From Mytilus californianus (lineage: Eukaryota), in contig NW_026262637.1 in the NCBI RefSeq assembly GCF_021869535.1, forward strand, positions 3,844,001-3,908,000: 64,000 nucleotides of DNA. Direction: 5' to 3'. The translations under genes were made by a program, and so were the position numbers. This document shows, one piece after another, positions 49,349 through 61,590 of the stretch (the first letter of the stretch is position 1; every line of letters starts with the position of its first letter). The notes below the pieces were generated by a model. That model saw nothing but the letters and a program-made list of their open reading frames with translations. It did not search any database and was not told the origin of the DNA.

Positions 49349-50507
49349 TTAATTAATGAGACAAAGTCTGTACACGCCTTTATTTTGTTCGTTTAGGTTT
49401 TGTTTTATATACAGTTTCTTGCAAGCATGTCTGAATTTGTTGTCACAAAAAAAAATATATAACGGGATTGCATGCATTATTTATAAAATTTCCACGCTTC
49501 ATAACACCTGTAATGATAGCAGTTCTTAGGGTTGAATTTGACACTCCAAATGCTGTACCAATCGAAAAAAGAATGAAACCACATAGCGAGAATCCAGTTG
49601 CCGCAATTAGACTTATTGTAACCTTGTAGTGCGTTTTTCTTTTTCTGAAGGAAACGCTGTTTTGAGGCTTATGAACTTTCGCCGCTGTTAGTTGAACGTT
49701 ATTTTCTATTCTTGTTTTTTCTTCTTTAGATTGTTTATACATTAAATATAATATCTTTCCATAGCAATAAGAACAGTAAATGAAACACGATAACTAAAAA
49801 AAACCGACTACCCCTGAATACACTCCAGTGGTCAGTTTACTTCTGTACTTCTCTTGCGTTGTGCATTGCGTTCCATTTAGTCTTATATATTTGAAGTGAA
49901 TCGTTTGAATCCCAACAAAGACAAAAATCGGACTTTGAATCACTAAAGAAGTTATAATCATTAGAAAACTAACTAAATTATGTTGGAAAAAAGTGGACTT
50001 CCCTTTTAACCAGCTAGTTACTTTACAGAGTTTACTAGGTACTGCTGACTTAGTTCTTAACAATATACCGCAGATATTTTTATATCTCTCGTGGCTTATA
50101 ACCGTTAATACCAACAATGACGACATGCCTGTCGTGTGAGCAATATATCGAAACAGTTTACAAGCAGCATTTGATGATAAAGAAAAGGTCCAGAGAAAAG
50201 CGACCATCTCGAAAGGCAAAGCTACAGCACAAACTGTTAAGTCGACAGCAGACAGCCAGATAATTAATGTACGAACGTGGAACCGTTTTTTCATATAACT
50301 CACTCGCAAGTAAACCAGTATTGTGTGAACATTTCCAACTATTCCAATTAAAAACAAGATTATCAACATTGAAAATTCTGCCCACCGTCTGACAAATGCA
50401 TTATATTCTAGATCTTCCAGGGTAGGTGATCTGTATGGCATTAATGTAGAAATGTTAAGTTGTGATGCACAGTTTGTCAATATTTTTGAGTAATTGTTCA
50501 TTGTCAT
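49349..50507 (-). pseudogene. Intronless class A (rhodopsin-like, peptide-receptor-like) GPCR with a nonsense codon in TM5 and a +1 frameshift after TM7
   Basis: GN (TM1), LSAVD (TM2), ERY (TM3), NPVIY (TM7). The two ORFs are in one frame separated by TAG (49796-49794). Removing one T from the T9 run (49447-49455) restores helix 8, CDNKFRHACKKL. Confidence 0.82.
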
Positions 50508-52000
50508 TTAGTACTGCAACGGTTGTAATTTTCTCCATTTCAATTACCAGATGATTTTATTCTGAAACACAAGAAAATGTTTTCACACTAGATAAAGGAC
50601 GTACGCTAATTTCTAATTCATTTTATTTCAACTCTATCTAAAAAATGTACTGTATATGTACTTTTTTTCGCGGCGAATTTATTTTCACGAATTTCGCGGT
50701 AGGTATATAATCCCCCTAGATTTTATCAAGTTTTAACAGATGGTTATAAAATCTGTTATAACAGTACATTTGAATTGTTTGTTTTATAATTTCTTTTGGT
50801 TTTCATACTTTTTGTACCTTAAGGAAAGTTAAAAAAACTGTATAAATTGCTAAAATATAGGTTTTTGCGTTCATTATTGAATATGAGCAACAACCAAAAG
50901 TGGTTGTTTAACCGCTAGGTGAACTGTACAAAGATATTATTGTTAATCTTGTTTGGTACTATGTTTGTCGTATTGACTTGAACAGACACCTAAAAGTAAA
51001 TTAAGGCAACAGTAGCTTACTGATGACAAAAATATCTCGAATCAATAAAGAAGACAAACCAAGGTTACAAACAAAAACTGAGTGAAACTCCAAAACGTGA
51101 GAAGCTGGATGCGTCGACAGAGTACTTTTCTTTCAAACGGATTCCAAACCTTTTGCTTAATTGCAAGTATAATTTGCATTAGGCGTATGCTTATTTTATT
51201 GAATCACTTTAATTCTTAGTAGAATTTTGGTAAAATAAATTATTTCAAAACAGTATCCATTATATTTATATAACAAACTGAAAATTTACTAAATAGGTAG
51301 AATATGAACAATTATTGTCACTAGAATATTTCAAAATTGACTTTTGACATAACATCTTTGCCGATGTTCAGCTTGTATGCTAGCCATACTACAAAACTGT
51401 ACGATAATTTCTCCAACGAGCTTGCAATAAAATTTAAATATTACAAAATTCATCTAAGAATAAAAAATCATTCAGCAATGAACTCATTGTGTGTAGCTAA
51501 GCACGTGTACAAAGCTTGCAACTGATTAATCAGTAACTAATGCCAATTTCACTATAACGATGAAAACGGCGGTATAAAATGGAATTTTATGCGACTGTCA
51601 TACAGGTTGGAGGTTAAGCTAGCTATAAAACCAGGTTTAATCCCCCATTTTCTACATAAAGAAATGCCTGTACCAAGTCAGGAATATGACAGTTGTTTTT
51701 CATTTGTTTGATGTGTTTGAACTTTTGATTTTGCCATTTGATAAGGGACTTTCCGATTTGAATTTTCATTGGAGTTCGGTATTTTTGTTATTTTACTTCT
51801 TTTACCTTAAGAACTCCAGATACCTGACCGTTAAACCATTTTCTTTTATCTTAATTTGCCAATATTAACAAATATCAATGTAACGATATTTTCCCAATGC
51901 ATTAGTAACATTTTTGTTGTTGTAAATACTTGCTACATGATATTCCGTAATGGCACAAAAGAAATCCCTGATTGATCTAGCAATATATACCCGCCTTTAA

Positions 52001-52392
52001 GGAAGTTCGCTAAGCAGTTTCAAAATAACAAGCTTTTCATAACACTAGTATATATTGATAGGGGATTAATAAAGAAACAAAAAGAGCAAAAATAAAATAT
52101 AGGTCCATGTGCTTGTTTTCGAGATATTAGCCATTGAAATTTTGGCGGGAAAATATTCTCTCTTGATTTTTCATAGCTTTATCATTGACAAGTTAAAAAT
52201 CTCAAAAACTATTAAAAAATAATTAAGATTTTATAAGACTTTTACAGATGGCTTATAATTATGCATGTAAAAGATTTTAAAAAAGAAAAAATGGGGGTCA
52301 ATGGGCAAAATTCTTTAAGGCATTCAAATAGATAAAACCAGAGGATTCCGAAAAATCTTACAAAAATTCCAAAACATGACAAGCGAACTTCC
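52001..52392. mobile_element. Second Kolobok-like MITE related to 23963-24353
   Basis: TTAA|GGAAGTTCGCT ... AGCGAACTTCC|TTTA; body similar to the first copy. Confidence 0.75.
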
Positions 52393-52574
52393 TTTAATAC
52401 GAATAATAACAATTCTTAGAACTAAAGAGAAACAACATTTGGCAAATACACGAAGTTCGTTCGAAAAAAATATTTCCATGCAAAAACTTTGTATCCGGAC
52501 ACCGAGACACGGGGGTTGGGAGGGTAGGTGGTTTTATTAAAACATATCACGTCTTTATAAAGACAAGGATATTT

Positions 52575-52900
52575 GTAATGATTGCAAATGAGACAACTAT
52601 CCACCAAATTTCATATGACATGGATGTAAGCAATTATAAATCACTCTACGGCCTTCAAAAATGAGAAAAAAAACCCATATCGCATAGTCTGCTATATAAG
52701 GTCTCAACATGAAAAGTCCTAAACAATTTAAACGGAAAAACCAGTTTTAACAATTTAATTTACAAAACACAAATATGACAAACATGAACCAACGACAGCC
52801 ACTGAATTATAGGCTCCTGACTTGGGACAGGCACATTAAGAATGTGGCGGGGTTACAAATGTTCGTGAGCGCTGAATCTTTCTCCTGACCTAGTACATTG
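52575..52900 (+). repeat. Short interspersed repeat family A (other copies near 10745, 29110, 31430, 62085 plus; 32820, 34680, 43830, 48440 minus)
   Basis: Shared AATGAGACAACT(C/A)TCCAC ... TACGGCCTTCAA(C/A)AAT ... GCTATA blocks. Confidence 0.75.
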
Positions 52901-55249
52901 GTGTTAAACCACATCATAGAAACACACTGTGTAAATCAGTTGCAAATCACTGAACTCAATAGATCAGTACAAAGCATAAAAACAAAACAACGCTACCACA
53001 AAAACAATAGAGACAAAGCACCGATATACGAGTTCTAGCAGATACCGAAAGCTAGTTCAAAGCCAATTACAACTAATGAGTAAAAAGTTTTAGAAACAAA
53101 ACTCCGCATGATTAAAAGCATTTCTGGATTCCGTTTTGTATGTATTTAACTTAAGTAGACAACTACCTTTTAAAATATTTACGCCGTTTTTTTGCACTGT
53201 CGATATAACTGTTATATTTGCCACTGGACATATAACAACAGTGAATGAATTCGATTATGTTACGCGTTTCTGTTGAAAATGGAATATAAACCCCGCCCAA
53301 TATTTAACACAATCCTTATTCAAATGTTATCCATTCCCCTCCAATTTTATTCATTAGTACTATATTTAAATTATAACAACGAACAATCAAATAAAATACC
53401 GAATACGCCATTTTGACCATTTCAGTTTCTTGAACTATTTATTCTATTAAACCACAATATTATTGTAGAAACTATCCGAGTAATGTTTGTGTTTTTAATT
53501 TATATATAAAAATGCAACAAACGATTTTTGCTGTACAAAATCAAAATATTTCAAGGAAATGATATCTTAAACGGTAAAATTAAAATCAAATCTTTATGTG
53601 AAATATATTTTTCTCTTATTTTCATTATTGAATAATGTTAATGTGTTCTATATTACAATAGAATTCACTGACTCACACACACAGTTAACACATTTGATAT
53701 TTTGTAGATGCACAGAAGAGGAATGGGACTCAATGGAAACTATTCGTGTTTACCCACTTGGATACTATCCGTGACAAAAATTCAGCCAAGATTTGCATCG
53801 GAAAACAAATTGTGGATTATATTGTTGAACTTTAGTGAATATGATACTATATTTACACGATGGAATTACGACTCGCAAATAAAAGCTGTTTGTTAATAAT
53901 GAGATATTTAGTGCTCATTGTATTACTACGATCCCAATTTTAAAAAAATCCAGTATCAGTCGTTAAAGTAAGACTTCATCTTCATTCAATATCGCGTTAC
54001 GTCCTTTAGAATTATTTCCATGGGTGATCACTTTTTAAGAAAGTGCCCATGGAAATATCCAAAGGGCAAAACGTCCGGATGAATGAAGACGAACAATACA
54101 AAATGATTCTCATTCCTAAAGTTTACATGGAGCGTATCTAAATTTACGGGCTATATAATCAACATCGCCGTAAAAAAAAGGATGCGATATAGTGTTTTTA
54201 ATAAGAGTTTTACAGGTACAGCCAAATTTCCAAATCAAATCTTTTAATCAATGAAAGATACTTAGTAAAAGTTTTAATTAATTTGTGTTAACGAAATCCT
54301 GACTTAAAAATTTACCAGTTATACATAAATTACGTTCATCGAAATTTAAAACGTCACTACAGACACGGACATAGCGAACAAGTTGTGAAATATACACAGG
54401 CAATTTTTTCCAACGTGATTTTAACATGGGAATCACGTGATATTCACGTTGTCCACACCAACTGAGTAGAACGTGAAACGAGCAGAAACGTAATATTCAC
54501 GTTATGAGCACAACGTGATATAAACATTCATCACACATGATATTCACGTTGTGTATAAAGCCACATGATATCAATGAGATAATACAACGTGATATTCACG
54601 TTAAATATAAAGTCGCGTGATATAAACGTGATAATACAACAAGCCATTTGTGTGAAGCAGCCACTTGAAAAAAAGAAATATTGTCCTTGTTACACTCATT
54701 GACATGACATTTTTTTTCTGGGTCATCTCTATTTGAAGATGTTTCTCTGGTGCTTTATGGTAAAAGTATTGTAAAAGTGAGTTAAACATCAATAAATTGT
54801 CTTTAGGTTATAGCTGATTATCAGCTACCCAATCTCTTTGGTCGAGGTGTTGTATCTTTGACACATATTCCCCGTTTCCATTCTCAATTTTATGAAACAT
54901 TTCAAACCTTTCTGTAAATTTATTTCTTTGAATTTGTATCTTTTTATTGACTGTTATTTCAATTCTGCTTTATCCTCCTGGTAAAAGCATTAAACAGCAT
55001 GAGATAAGCAACATAAGTATATGACAACGTAAACCTTGTGAGACGTCAATAGGGCAGCCGTAACCTACACGTTATGTTGGGTCAGTTTTGATGACCGCAA
55101 GTATTATTTTTCCACAGCATTTCAGTTAACAGAATGAACAGTTTAATTTGAACATTTATCAGTATATATATAATTGTAAATTTGTACTATATTAAATTGT
55201 TAATTGTTTAAAGTATTAGTCATTATTTTATAATTACAGACTCCTTCTA

Positions 55250-55760
55250 AACCAGCACTCGTCTATCCGTGACAGTTGCTGATAAAATTGATGTTAATAA
55301 TTTAGAAAGAGGTTTCGTGGAGCACTTGGAAGACCCAGCAATATACCGTTGTTTGTAAGGACTTGTGTAGTTTAGGTATCCAATAACGTGATGGAAGATC
55401 CAGTTCTTCATCTTTGGTTGAAATTCCAAAAGAACATAGAACAGACGTATGATTATCAAGGGTTTCCTCTTTGGTAAGTGTCGTGGTGAATATGTTGTGT
55501 TTTTCCAAGTGAATTGTCAATACCTAATTCATTTATCAAACAGTTTATATAATGTGATTTACATACAGAAATGATGTTGTTTTGGACTTTATCTGCGGGT
55601 CCAACAACATATTTGTCATGGATGTAGAACAAGAGTTTTGCATCATTTGGGTCTTTAAAGATTGATTTAGCATGGGTATTCATAGACCAATTCAGTTTCT
55701 TAATTCTGATTTGTACCAACGACCTCACAGAAAACATTAGAAACAAGTTAATATCGTAAA
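55250..55760 (-). mobile_element. PLE RT N-terminal fragment (frameshifted)
   Basis: HDKYVVGPADK..NNI..VCK, DLPSRYWIPKLHK and PYKQRYIAGSSKCSTKPLSKLLTSIL. Confidence 0.8.
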
Positions 55761-55929
55761 TATGGATTCCGCTTGGAACAAATAAATTGCATACACTAAT
55801 AAAAATAATAATAAAGTGGGACAGCTCTTAAGTCAATTATTCATCAGTGTATCTCTTTCATTGGACAGCTGTTTTAAAAGTTTATGAATTATATTAAGAA
55901 TGTCTGTTTCGTCGTTGTGTAAAAGCTAA

Positions 55930-56750
55930 ATTAATTTGTTTTCATCAGAAAGTGCTAAAATTTTCATTATTCAAATCAAAGAAGCCCAATCATTTAATTT
56001 CACATTCAGATATATTGATGATGTTCTTTCCATTTACAATACAAACTTTTCTGCTTTGGTTCCATTAATATATCCTCCACAACTAGAAATTATAAAAACA
56101 ACAGACACGGCTTCCTCTGCCTCATTTTTAGACTTGTACCTCGAATTTCACAATACCAGAATCTATGACAAGCGAGACGATTTTAATTTTGAAATTATAA
56201 ATTTTTCCCACCTTAGCAGCAATATACCAACTTCACCTGCATATGGGATATACATTTCCAAATTCATTCGGTATTCAAGAGCTGCTATTCAGACTTTATA
56301 AAACGTCACCAGTGTCTGAACAGAAAGTCGATGAGCTAAGGTTAATTCAAAAAAACGTCTCGTCCTTTTCTAAAAATGTTCATTTGAAGATCTTGTTGAT
56401 AAATATTCCGTATCAACTTCACAAATAATTCATGATGGTCTTGAAGTATAGATTCTAGCTACTGACGTTGTTTATCATCTTAATAACGTGTTAACGTTTC
56501 CCCCTTTTTTGTCCTTGTATATTTCACCAGTGTCTGAGCAGAAAGTCGATGAGCTAAGGTTAATTCAAAAAACGTCTCGTCCTTTTTCTAAAAACGTTCA
56601 TTTGAAGATACCAAGACCTTCTTGATAAATATTCCGTATCAACTTCGCAAATAATTCATGATGGTCTTGAAGTATAGATTCTAGCTACTGACGTTGTTTA
56701 TCATCTTAATAACGTGTTAAAGTTTCCCCCTTTTTTGTCCCTGTATATTT
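55930..56750 (+). mobile_element. PLE RT C-terminal fragment with a tandemly duplicated 3' end
   Basis: SFNFTFRYIDDVLS...SASFLDLYL...IYDKRDDFNFEIINF..LSSNIPTSPAYGIYIS; ~218-bp direct repeat starting at 56306 and 56524. Confidence 0.85.
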
Positions 56751-57289
56751 TGAACCGTTACTGTTCAGTCCATTATGATTAAATACTTATGACGTGGCTC
56801 GGTACTTATACATCCCACCATTGTGTTATTATGCTATGGTCAATTTTGAATTCTGTTGTTTCCTTTTTGATCATGTACTTGTCTATAAGCCATTTTATGT
56901 TTCTTTGTTGCAACAGTTATTTGTTTTTATAGTGATTAAGCTTATATTACAATGTTGACTACTGTACCTCAATTTTTGACGTTTTTACTTATTATGTCTG
57001 TTTGTTTTGTTCACACATTGTTGTCAATATAATTAATACGACTGTCATACAAGTGAGAGGTTTGGCTAGCTATAAAACCAGGTTTAATCCACCATTTTCT
57101 ACATAAGGAACTGCCTGTTCCAAGTCATGAATATGAGGAAATGCCTGTACCAAGTCTGGAATATGAAAGTTGTTTTCCATTCGTTAGATGTGTTTGAGCT
57201 TTTGATTTTTCCATGTCATAAAGGACTTTCCGTTTAAATTTCCCTTGGTGTTCGGTATTTTTGTTATTTAACTTTTTATGATTTAATTG

Positions 57290-57520
57290 ATCAAAATATG
57301 GTTTGCGTACTGTTGTTGAGCATGGGCATTGAATTAAAAAATGGATTTCATCTTCAACAGAATTTTTACATAAATTACATTTTCTTTCACTAATATCCAA
57401 GTTACAATATCTTCTCTTCTCAATGTTGCGGTTATGTGAGCTTACTCTAAATTTAGTTAACAACCTTCTTTCGTTTTCATTGCCACAACTTAAATATTTT
57501 TCCAATTTAAAAAATTCCAA
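57290..57520 (-). mobile_element. LINE ORF2 C-terminal Cys/His fragment (CR1/L2 group), inserted into a family-B repeat
   Basis: LTKFRVSSHNRNIEKRRY...ERKCNLCKNSVEDEIHFLIQCP. Confidence 0.75.
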
Positions 57521-57629
57521 TCAAATCACTCGAAAAAGCACGAATCCAGTCGGACAATTTACCTTCTTTGAAGTTCCTGATTGGATATAGTCCCTGACGT
57601 GTCAGTAAAATTTACTTTCAAATATAATA

Positions 57630-58020
57630 AACGAGAGGCAAAAGATACCAAAGGGATATTCAAACTCATTAGTCGACAAACTGACATTGCCATGGCAAAA
57701 AATGAAAAACGATCAAAAGACAAAACAATATACAAAACACAACATAGAAAACTGAGCAACATGAACCCCACCAAAACCCGCGGGTGATCTCAGGTGCTAC
57801 GGAGGGTAAGCAGATCCTTCACCACATGTGGCATCCGTCGTGTTGTTTATGTATGTACAAACCCGTTGATAAGTCTAATTCGTTAGATCACATTCAAGGA
57901 AAAGAGGACGAAATTATTGTTGCGACAATTAGAACATATCCGTCGTCATCTGTGAAACAGATATTCCATTACGGTCAACCAACTCGGAATGGCGTCCGTA
58001 AAATTTTCGAAGGGATGATA
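57630..58020 (-). mobile_element. 3' region of the same PLE family as 41445-42645
   Basis: Reverse complement parallels 41900-41935 and 42330-42645. Confidence 0.75.
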
Positions 58021-58225
58021 GAGAGTCTTATTTGTCTTAAGTTATTAGGAAATTTTAGATATAAAAAGTAACCCCTTTTTCTGCAAGACAAAAACTCACT
58101 ACTAAGCCCCACCTCCAATTAGTAATCTATTTGGGGAGAAAAATGTCCTTGATACGATGATACGCACACCCCACATATCACCAAGACGAAATGATTTTAC
58201 AAAATGCCTAAATTTAGAAAAGTAT

Positions 58226-58447
58226 ATATATATGTTGTTTGTGCTGTATTTAGACCCCTCTATCAAGAAATTTGTTTTGATTGCACACATCTTTTCCGCA
58301 AGTTTATTGTTTTCTGTTTGGTATTAAATTAACAATTATATTTGGCGATCGCCGTGGCAGTCAGCAGGGTTTAAGAACATCCGTTGTTCGACCTGCTTGT
58401 CAAATGCGTTTTGTAAACAAATACTTTTTCACTTTTTTGGTCTTTTT
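58226..58447 (+). repeat. Inverted, rearranged partial copy of the 541-bp unit
   Basis: 58289-58447 matches the reverse complement of about 58590-58780 with a ~30-nt deletion; 58226-58288 is an out-of-order piece of the same unit. Confidence 0.85.
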
Positions 58448-58818
58448 CCTGTTTATATATATATACAAGTCTAAATTGAAAACAACGTTCAAACCTATGA
58501 TTGCGTTGGATAAAAACCGCAATTTTTATACGTGTGCATGCAAAACAAATTTCTTAGTAGAGGGGTCTAAATACATCACAAACAACATTTTTCAAAAGAC
58601 CAAAAAAGTGGAAAAGTGTATTTTAACAAAACGCATTTGACTAACAGGTCGAACAACAAATGTTCTTAAACCCTGCTGACTGCCATTGGCGATTGCCAAA
58701 TAAACGGATCACCAGATGTAACAAAATAGATCTTAATTATTAATTTATTACCAAACAGAAAACAATAAACTTGCGGAAAAGATGGTATACCGCAAACAAA
58801 AGGTGCAAAAGATTTTGT

Positions 58819-58862
58819 ACACCATATCCGGATTTCGACAATTAATGTCTCTTCAGTGATGT
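58819..58862 (-). ncRNA. Intact minimal type-I hammerhead ribozyme, copy 1 (predicted cleavage between 58825 and 58824)
   Basis: Minus strand: ACATCA-CTGAAGA-GACA ttaat TGTC-GAAA-TCCGGA-TA-TGGTGT; perfect core, 4-bp stem II, palindromic helix III ATCCGGAT, AUA triplet, 6-bp stem I. Confidence 0.9.
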
Positions 58863-59359
58863 TAGGAATCGAAACGGTATTTGGAAGGCCATATAATTTA
58901 CCTCAATTTAGGATAGACTCTTGAATTTTGAAGAGTCGAAATAGGATGAACGGATCATATAAACCCGAAGGCAAATATAATACAATCCCAAACGAAAAAA
59001 TATAAACAAGTCTAAATTGAAAACAACGTTCAAACCTATGATTGCGTTGGATAAAAACCGCAATGTTTATACGTGTGCATGCAAAACAAATTTCTTGGTA
59101 GAGAGGTCTAAATACAGCACAAACAACATTTTTCAAAAGACCAAAAAAGTGAAAAAGTGTATTTTAACAAAACGCATTTGACTAACAGGTCGAACAACAA
59201 ATGTTCTTAAACCCTGCTGACTGCCATTGGCGATTGCCAAATAAACGGATCACCAGATGTAACAAAATAGATCTTAATTATTAATTTATTACCAAACAGA
59301 AAACAATAAACTTGCGGAAAAGATGGTATACCGCAAACAAAAGGTGCAAAAGATTTTGT

Positions 59360-59403
59360 ACACCATATCCGGATTTCGACAATTAATGTCTCTTCAGTGA
59401 TGT
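59360..59403 (-). ncRNA. Intact minimal type-I hammerhead ribozyme, copy 2
   Basis: Identical to copy 1, offset by 541 nt. Confidence 0.9.
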
Positions 59404-59900
59404 TAGGAATCGAAACGGTATTTGGAAGGCCATATAATTTACCTCAATTTAGGATAGACTCTTGAATTTTGAAGAGTCGAAATAGGATGAACGGATCATA
59501 TAAACCCGAAGGCAAATATAATACAATCCCAAACGAAAAAATATAAACAAGTCTAAATTGAAAACAACGTTCAAACCTATGATTGCGTTGGATAAAAACC
59601 GCAATGTTTATACGTGTGCATGCAAAACAAATTTCTTGGTAGAGAGGTCTAAATACAGCACAAACAACATTTTTCAAAAGACCAAAAAAGTGAAAAAGTG
59701 TATTTTAACAAAACGCATTTGACTAACAGGTCGAACAACAAATGTTCTTAAACCCTGCTGACTGCCATTGGCGATTGCCAAATAAACGGATCACCAGATG
59801 TAACAAAATAGATCTTAATTATTAATTTATTACCAAACAGAAAACAATAAACTTGCGGAAAAGATGGTATACCGCAAACAAAAGGTGCAAAAGATTTTGT

Positions 59901-59944
59901 ACACCATATCCGGATTTCGACAATTAATGTCTCTTCAGTGATGT
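59901..59944 (-). ncRNA. Intact minimal type-I hammerhead ribozyme, copy 3
   Basis: Identical to copy 1, offset by 1082 nt. Confidence 0.9.
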
Positions 59945-60517
59945 TAGGAATCGAAACGGTATTTGGAAGGCCATATAATTTACCTCAATTTAGGATAGAC
60001 TCTTGAATTTTAAAGAGTCGAAATAGGATGAACGGATCATATAAACCCGAAGGCAAATATAATACAATCCCAAACGAAAAAATATAAACAAGTCTAAATT
60101 GAAAACAACGTTCAAACCTATGATTGCGTTGGATAAAAACCGCAATGTTTATACGTGTGCATGCAAAACAAATTTCTTGGTAGAGAGGTCTAAATACAGC
60201 ACAAACAACATTTTTCAAAAGACCAAAAAAGTGAAAAAGTGTATTTTAACAAAACGCATTTGACTAACAGGTCGAACAACAAATGTTCTTAAACCCTGCT
60301 GACTGCCATTGGCGATTGCCAAATAAACGGATCACAGTTGTAACAAAATGAATCTTAATTATTAATTTATTACCAAACAGAAAACATTAAACTTGCGGAA
60401 AAGATGGTATACCGCAAACAAAAGGTGCATTATATTAGGCATACTGAATGTAACGTATGTAAACGCCTAAAAAGTGTACACAACAACACCAATAACAAAA
60501 AAAGGAACTATAAATGT

Positions 60518-60566
60518 AATTATTTATAAATATTTCGGATAACAGATATCCTTCATCAGTAAATAT
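60518..60566 (-). ncRNA. Hammerhead-like motif in the 3' region of the Penelope-like element
   Basis: Minus strand: TATTTA-CTGATGA-A-GGATA tctgt TATCC-GAAA-TATT-TA-TAAATA; core plus 5-bp stem II and 6-bp stem I; helix III is weak. Confidence 0.5.
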
Positions 60567-61146
60567 GATTGTGATGTTGAATGAATCTTATATCAGTCTA
60601 CTTAGATTAAACTGTAACAATCTTGAAATTTATACAATAAAAAAGTCAAACCGAACATCAGGTAAGACGCTTGCACACTTCTAAATATGTGTTAAACACG
60701 ACATAGGTTATATGACTAATTACAACAGAGAGTTCAAATATATGCTTTAAATAAAAATAATAATGTGCGATATGAACTAGCACAATTCTAAAGCTTCAAC
60801 GGTGACGATGTTACAAGAACGATTGCGTCAATAAGAATTCCAAATAAACAGCACTGAACGATCTAAATTTGTAAATATTTCAAATTTGACAACGGTAGAG
60901 TAGTTACAACAGAGTCTGCGTATTTAAACATCGCAAACAAACGGCCGTTAAAATATAATAATAAATTTTGACTAAGGTTAACTAGTTGAACGTGGCTTGG
61001 TACTTTTACATCCCTCAAAAAATTAAGCAATTTAAATTGGTATATTCAACAGATTTATATTAGAGATGAGTAATTTAAAGAAATAGAAACAGAGACTGTA
61101 ATGATAAGTAATATAACCCAAATGTGAAGCACTGCATGGAGTCGAA

Positions 61147-61590
61147 CTACATCTTTTCATTTATCCCATTTGGTGCCAAAGTTGTTAATTTTCTTATCCA
61201 AAATCTTTCCCGAGTGAGTCTATCCTCCCTAGACCAAGCAGAGTTATGGTCAATGATTGTAATGGTCAGTCGATTGAGATCTGCCTTAGTGTGGCTAGGG
61301 GGTCTCAAATGTCGACTGAGAGGGAGGTCTGGTTTGCATTGGTAGTCGCTACGATGACCGTTTATTCGTTTGTGAAACGGCTGTTCTGGCTCGCCAACAT
61401 ACTGTTTACCCCATTTACACTGTAGGAGATACACAACATTTGTAGTCTTGCAATTAACATTGCAAAATATGGTGTATTCTGTACCAGTGGAGTGACTGTT
61501 AAAAGTCTGGGTAACCAGTATTTGTTTGCAAGTCAGACATCGTTTGTTTCCGCAACCAGCGATCCAGCGCACTCGTGGGAAAAATCGTTG
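61147..61590 (-). mobile_element. Penelope-like element C-terminal GIY-YIG endonuclease domain, 5'-truncated
   Basis: CGNKRCLTC...NCKTTNVVYLLQC..KQYVGE...KRINGHR...RERFWI..L.TL.PNGIN: Cys motif plus VVY/YVG, R, E and N residues; no RT upstream; a (TA)n tract marks the 5' break. Confidence 0.88.

Larger units (their letters stand above)
58466..60429 (-). mobile_element. Retrozyme-like tandem array: about 3.6 near-identical 541-bp non-coding units, each full unit with a hammerhead
   Basis: Period 541 (58466/59007; the ORF track repeats at 58903, 59444, 59985); hammerheads at the same period. Confidence 0.85.

Noticed and set aside
58903-60218. Three identical 77-aa minus-strand ORFs
   Set aside because: They simply follow the 541-bp period; no domain is recognisable, and the ORF is not preserved in the dispersed copy at 20520-21190.
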